Shown: positions 61,950 to 64,000 of the stretch, piece by piece
Position numbering within the stretch: the first letter of the stretch is position 1
Layout: the number at the start of each line of letters is the position of its first letter
Assembly: GCA_934130325.1 (NCBI GenBank)
Contig: CAKOYA010000001.1
Location: 33,725-97,724 of the forward strand
Source: an uncultured Clostridia bacterium
Lineage (GTDB): Bacteria; Bacillota; Clostridia; TANB77; CAG-465
Length of the DNA stretch: 64,000 bases
Direction: 5' to 3'
Translations under genes and position numbers: made by a program
The notes under the pieces: model-generated
The model's input: only the letters and a program-made list of their open reading frames with translations
The model's database searches: none
What the model was told of the DNA's origin: nothing

Positions 61950-62046
61950 AAGTATATATATTATTTTATAGCATATATTATTAATATATATGCTTTTTTT
62001 ACAAAAAAATAGAAGTGATTTTTGTTCACTCCCATCTCTCCAATAT

Positions 62047-62856
62047 TTAATTAATAGTAGCTTTATCCTCCAATCTTAATCTATCTGCTATCATTGCAAT
62101 AAATTCAGAATTAGTAGGTTTGCCTTTATTTGAATTTACAGTATATCCAAATATTTTATCATGTACCTCTATTTGTCCCCTATTCCATGCCACTTCTATC
62201 GCGTGTCTTATTGCTCTTTCAACTCTGGATGGAGTAGTACTAAACATAGATGCAAGCGTAGGATATAACGTTTTTGTTATTGCATTAATAATATCTTCAT
62301 CCTTAACAGCCAAAAGTATAGCTTCCCTTATATACTGATAACCTTTAATATGGGCTGGTACTCCAACATCATGAATTATATTTGTAACTCTAACCTCAAT
62401 AGGTGTACCGTGCTTAGACTTTAAATTTTGTGTAGAATTAGGGTAACACATATTAAATCCTGTGCCTTCATACCCAACAGGATTGTCAAGTAAATCTCTT
62501 AATCTATCTACTAGAATCTCCATATCAAAAGGTTTAACTACATAATAAGTTGCACCTAATGCTATTGCTTTTTGAGTTATCTTCTCCTGACCTATAGCCG
62601 ACATTACAACTGTTGTGGGACGTTTTAAATTTTCCTCATTTGAAATTTCTTCTAAAACAGTTAAACCGTCTTTTTCTGGCATTATTACATCAAGCAACAG
62701 AACATCTGGATTATGTTTCTTTATTAAATTTACTACATTTTTCCCATCATAACTAGAATCTACAACTTCCATGTCATTTTGAGAATTAATATAAACAGTC
62801 AATAATTTCACAAATTCCTTGTTATCATCGACTATTAATATTTTGGTTTTACTCAT
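62047..62856 (-). CDS. spo0A: sporulation master regulator Spo0A (start at MSKTKIL with AAGGAGG RBS)
   Basis: receiver domain ILIVDDN...[10 protein letters not shown]; C-terminal 0A-box HTH ...[14 protein letters not shown]. Confidence 0.95.
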   Translation of the reverse strand: MSKTKILIVDDNKEFVKLLTVYINSQNDMEVVDSSYDGKNVVNLIKKHNPDVLLLDVIMPEKDGLTVLEEISNEENLKRPTTVVMSAIGQEKITQKAIALGATYYVVKPFDMEILVDRLRDLLDNPVGYEGTGFNMCYPNSTQNLKSKHGTPIEVRVTNIIHDVGVPAHIKGYQYIREAILLAVKDEDIINAITKTLYPTLASMFSTTPSRVERAIRHAIEVAWNRGQIEVHDKIFGYTVNSNKGKPTNSEFIAMIADRLRLEDKATIN

Positions 62857-63088
62857 ACTATCCTCCTTGTTACCCAACCAACGCAAGACTATTATATATA
62901 AATTTTTTAAAAAAATCAAGCTTATTTGTCACTTTTTTAGGACGAGTTTTGTCGAATAAATCAATAAATCTTATTTTTTTATTATTCCTAATTTTACCAG
63001 TATTTTTTCGACAAATAAACACAAATTAATAGTATAAATGTAATAGTTAAATATTCATTTATAATTCTTATTTTAGGAGGTGAATTAA

Positions 63089-63277
63089 ATGGCAAGAGGA
63101 GCTAAAAGTAATCCACAAGCTAGAGAAAATCTAAACAAATTTAAATATGAAGTTGCAAACCAAATTGGTGTTAATTTAAAAGAAGGTTACAATGGTGATT
63201 TAACTTCTAAACAAGCTGGTTCTATCGGTGGTGAAATGGTTAAAAGAATGATAGAAAAAGCTGCTGGTCAAATGTAA
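63089..63277 (+). CDS. ssp: small acid-soluble spore protein, alpha/beta type
   Basis: ANQIGVNLKEGYNGDLTSKQAGSIGGEMVKRMIE. Confidence 0.95.
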   Translation: MARGAKSNPQARENLNKFKYEVANQIGVNLKEGYNGDLTSKQAGSIGGEMVKRMIEKAAGQM

Positions 63278-63423
63278 TTTTAATGAAAATTTTATAATAA
63301 TTAATTTTTTCATGAATAATTAGACCATAAAAATACTTAAAAAATTAAATTTTTGCATTAAATGTGTATAATTATAAAAATATAGTTAAAACTATTAATG
63401 AAAACGATGGAGGTGAATAAACA

Positions 63424-63606
63424 ATGGCAAGTTCAAAGAACAAACAAGCACAAGAAAACTTAAACAAGTTAAAAATGGAAGTTGCTAGCCAAATAGGTGT
63501 TAACCTAAAAAATGGTTATAATGGTGATTTAACTTCTAAACAAGCTGGTTCTGTTGGTGGTGAAATGGTTAAAAGAATGATAGAAAAAGCTGCTGGTCAA
63601 ATGTAA
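63424..63606 (+). CDS. ssp: small acid-soluble spore protein, alpha/beta type (second copy)
   Basis: ASQIGVNLKNGYNGDLTSKQAGSVGGEMVKRMIE. Confidence 0.95.
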   Translation: MASSKNKQAQENLNKLKMEVASQIGVNLKNGYNGDLTSKQAGSVGGEMVKRMIEKAAGQM

Positions 63607-63633
63607 TTTAACTTATTTTAAACTTTAGAACAT

Positions 63634-63666
63634 ATATTAGGGTATTAAGAATTCTCATCTTAATAC
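63634..63666. terminator. bidirectional terminator hairpin agggtattaag-N9-cttaataccct
   Basis: 11-bp perfect stem between convergent ssp and mtnN. Confidence 0.7.
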
Positions 63667-63673
63667 CCTATTT

Positions 63674-64000
63674 TTAACATATAATTTTAGAAATTATTGA
63701 TACACAATCACTCGACACACCACTACTAAGACTATTATAACTTGATATTGGCTCTTTATCATTTAAGATATTTGATATGCCCCTTATTATAACATAAGGT
63801 ACATTACAAGAATTACATACAATTGCTATTGCCACACTTTCCATATCTGCACACACAACATTAAATTGTTTTACTAAATCATCATTAAATTTTTTATTAA
63901 TAATAAACTGGTCAAATGTAGCTACATTTTCAATATATACTCTATATCCAGATTCACCTAATTTATCTTTAATTTTAAGAAGATAATCTTCATTACATTT
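63674..64000 (-). CDS. mtnN: 5'-methylthioadenosine/S-adenosylhomocysteine nucleosidase, C-terminal part (gene continues beyond window end)
   Basis: ...CADMESVAIAIVCNSCNVPYVIIRGISN matches the Pfs/MtnN C-terminal motif; the frame stays open to position 64000. Confidence 0.75.
   Translation of the reverse strand, partial: KCNEDYLLKIKDKLGESGYRVYIENVATFDQFIINKKFNDDLVKQFNVVCADMESVAIAIVCNSCNVPYVIIRGISNILNDKEPISSYNSLSSGVSSDCVSIISKIIC

Noticed and set aside
1-64000. CRISPR arrays or rRNA genes
   Set aside because: No regularly spaced short direct repeats and no rRNA-like conserved segments were found. The only regular repeats are the coding Cna-B domain repeats and the 1861-bp duplication.

Overview
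This is a low-GC Firmicute chromosome segment, Clostridium-like (most likely C. perfringens-like, judging by spo0A, sigK, SASP genes, the groES CIRCE element and AT-rich codon usage). Conserved housekeeping genes make up the backbone: groES (partial), scpA, deoD, recX, recA, rplM-rpsI, ruvX/ireB, spoIID, ldhA, a hydCBA [FeFe]-hydrogenase operon, dnaD-like/dnaI, a tRNA-Lys/Glu/Thr cluster, sigK, tsf-rpsB, ftsH, tilS, dnaB, rplI, gdpP, spo0A, two SASP genes and mtnN (partial). Several accessory features sit in this backbone.

- A roughly 10.3-kb integrated island lies at the 3' end of rpsI (6075-16390). It is bounded by ~70-bp imperfect direct repeats that recreate the rpsI terminator.
- The island carries a mannose/GDP-mannose-glycosyltransferase cargo, a tyrosine integrase with an in-frame stop, and a Panacea (DUF4065) antitoxin paired with an uncharacterised 133-aa partner.
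- Three otherwise intact genes are each interrupted by a single in-frame TAA: the integrase, a glycosyltransferase, and hydB.
- manA is frameshifted in a (TA)n tract.
- A recent 1861-bp tandem duplication contains htrA plus an unknown 170-aa gene.
- Next to the tRNA cluster sits an operon of a VirD4/TraG-like membrane ATPase plus three small membrane proteins.
- There is an HD+EAL fusion protein and a degenerate-GGDEF membrane protein.
- Two paralogous RHH-like small genes are present.
- A sortase/Cna-B LPXTG protein has its sorting signal cut off by a GC-rich insert.
- Two inverted-repeat-flanked, MITE-like elements are present.

No rRNA or CRISPR array was seen.
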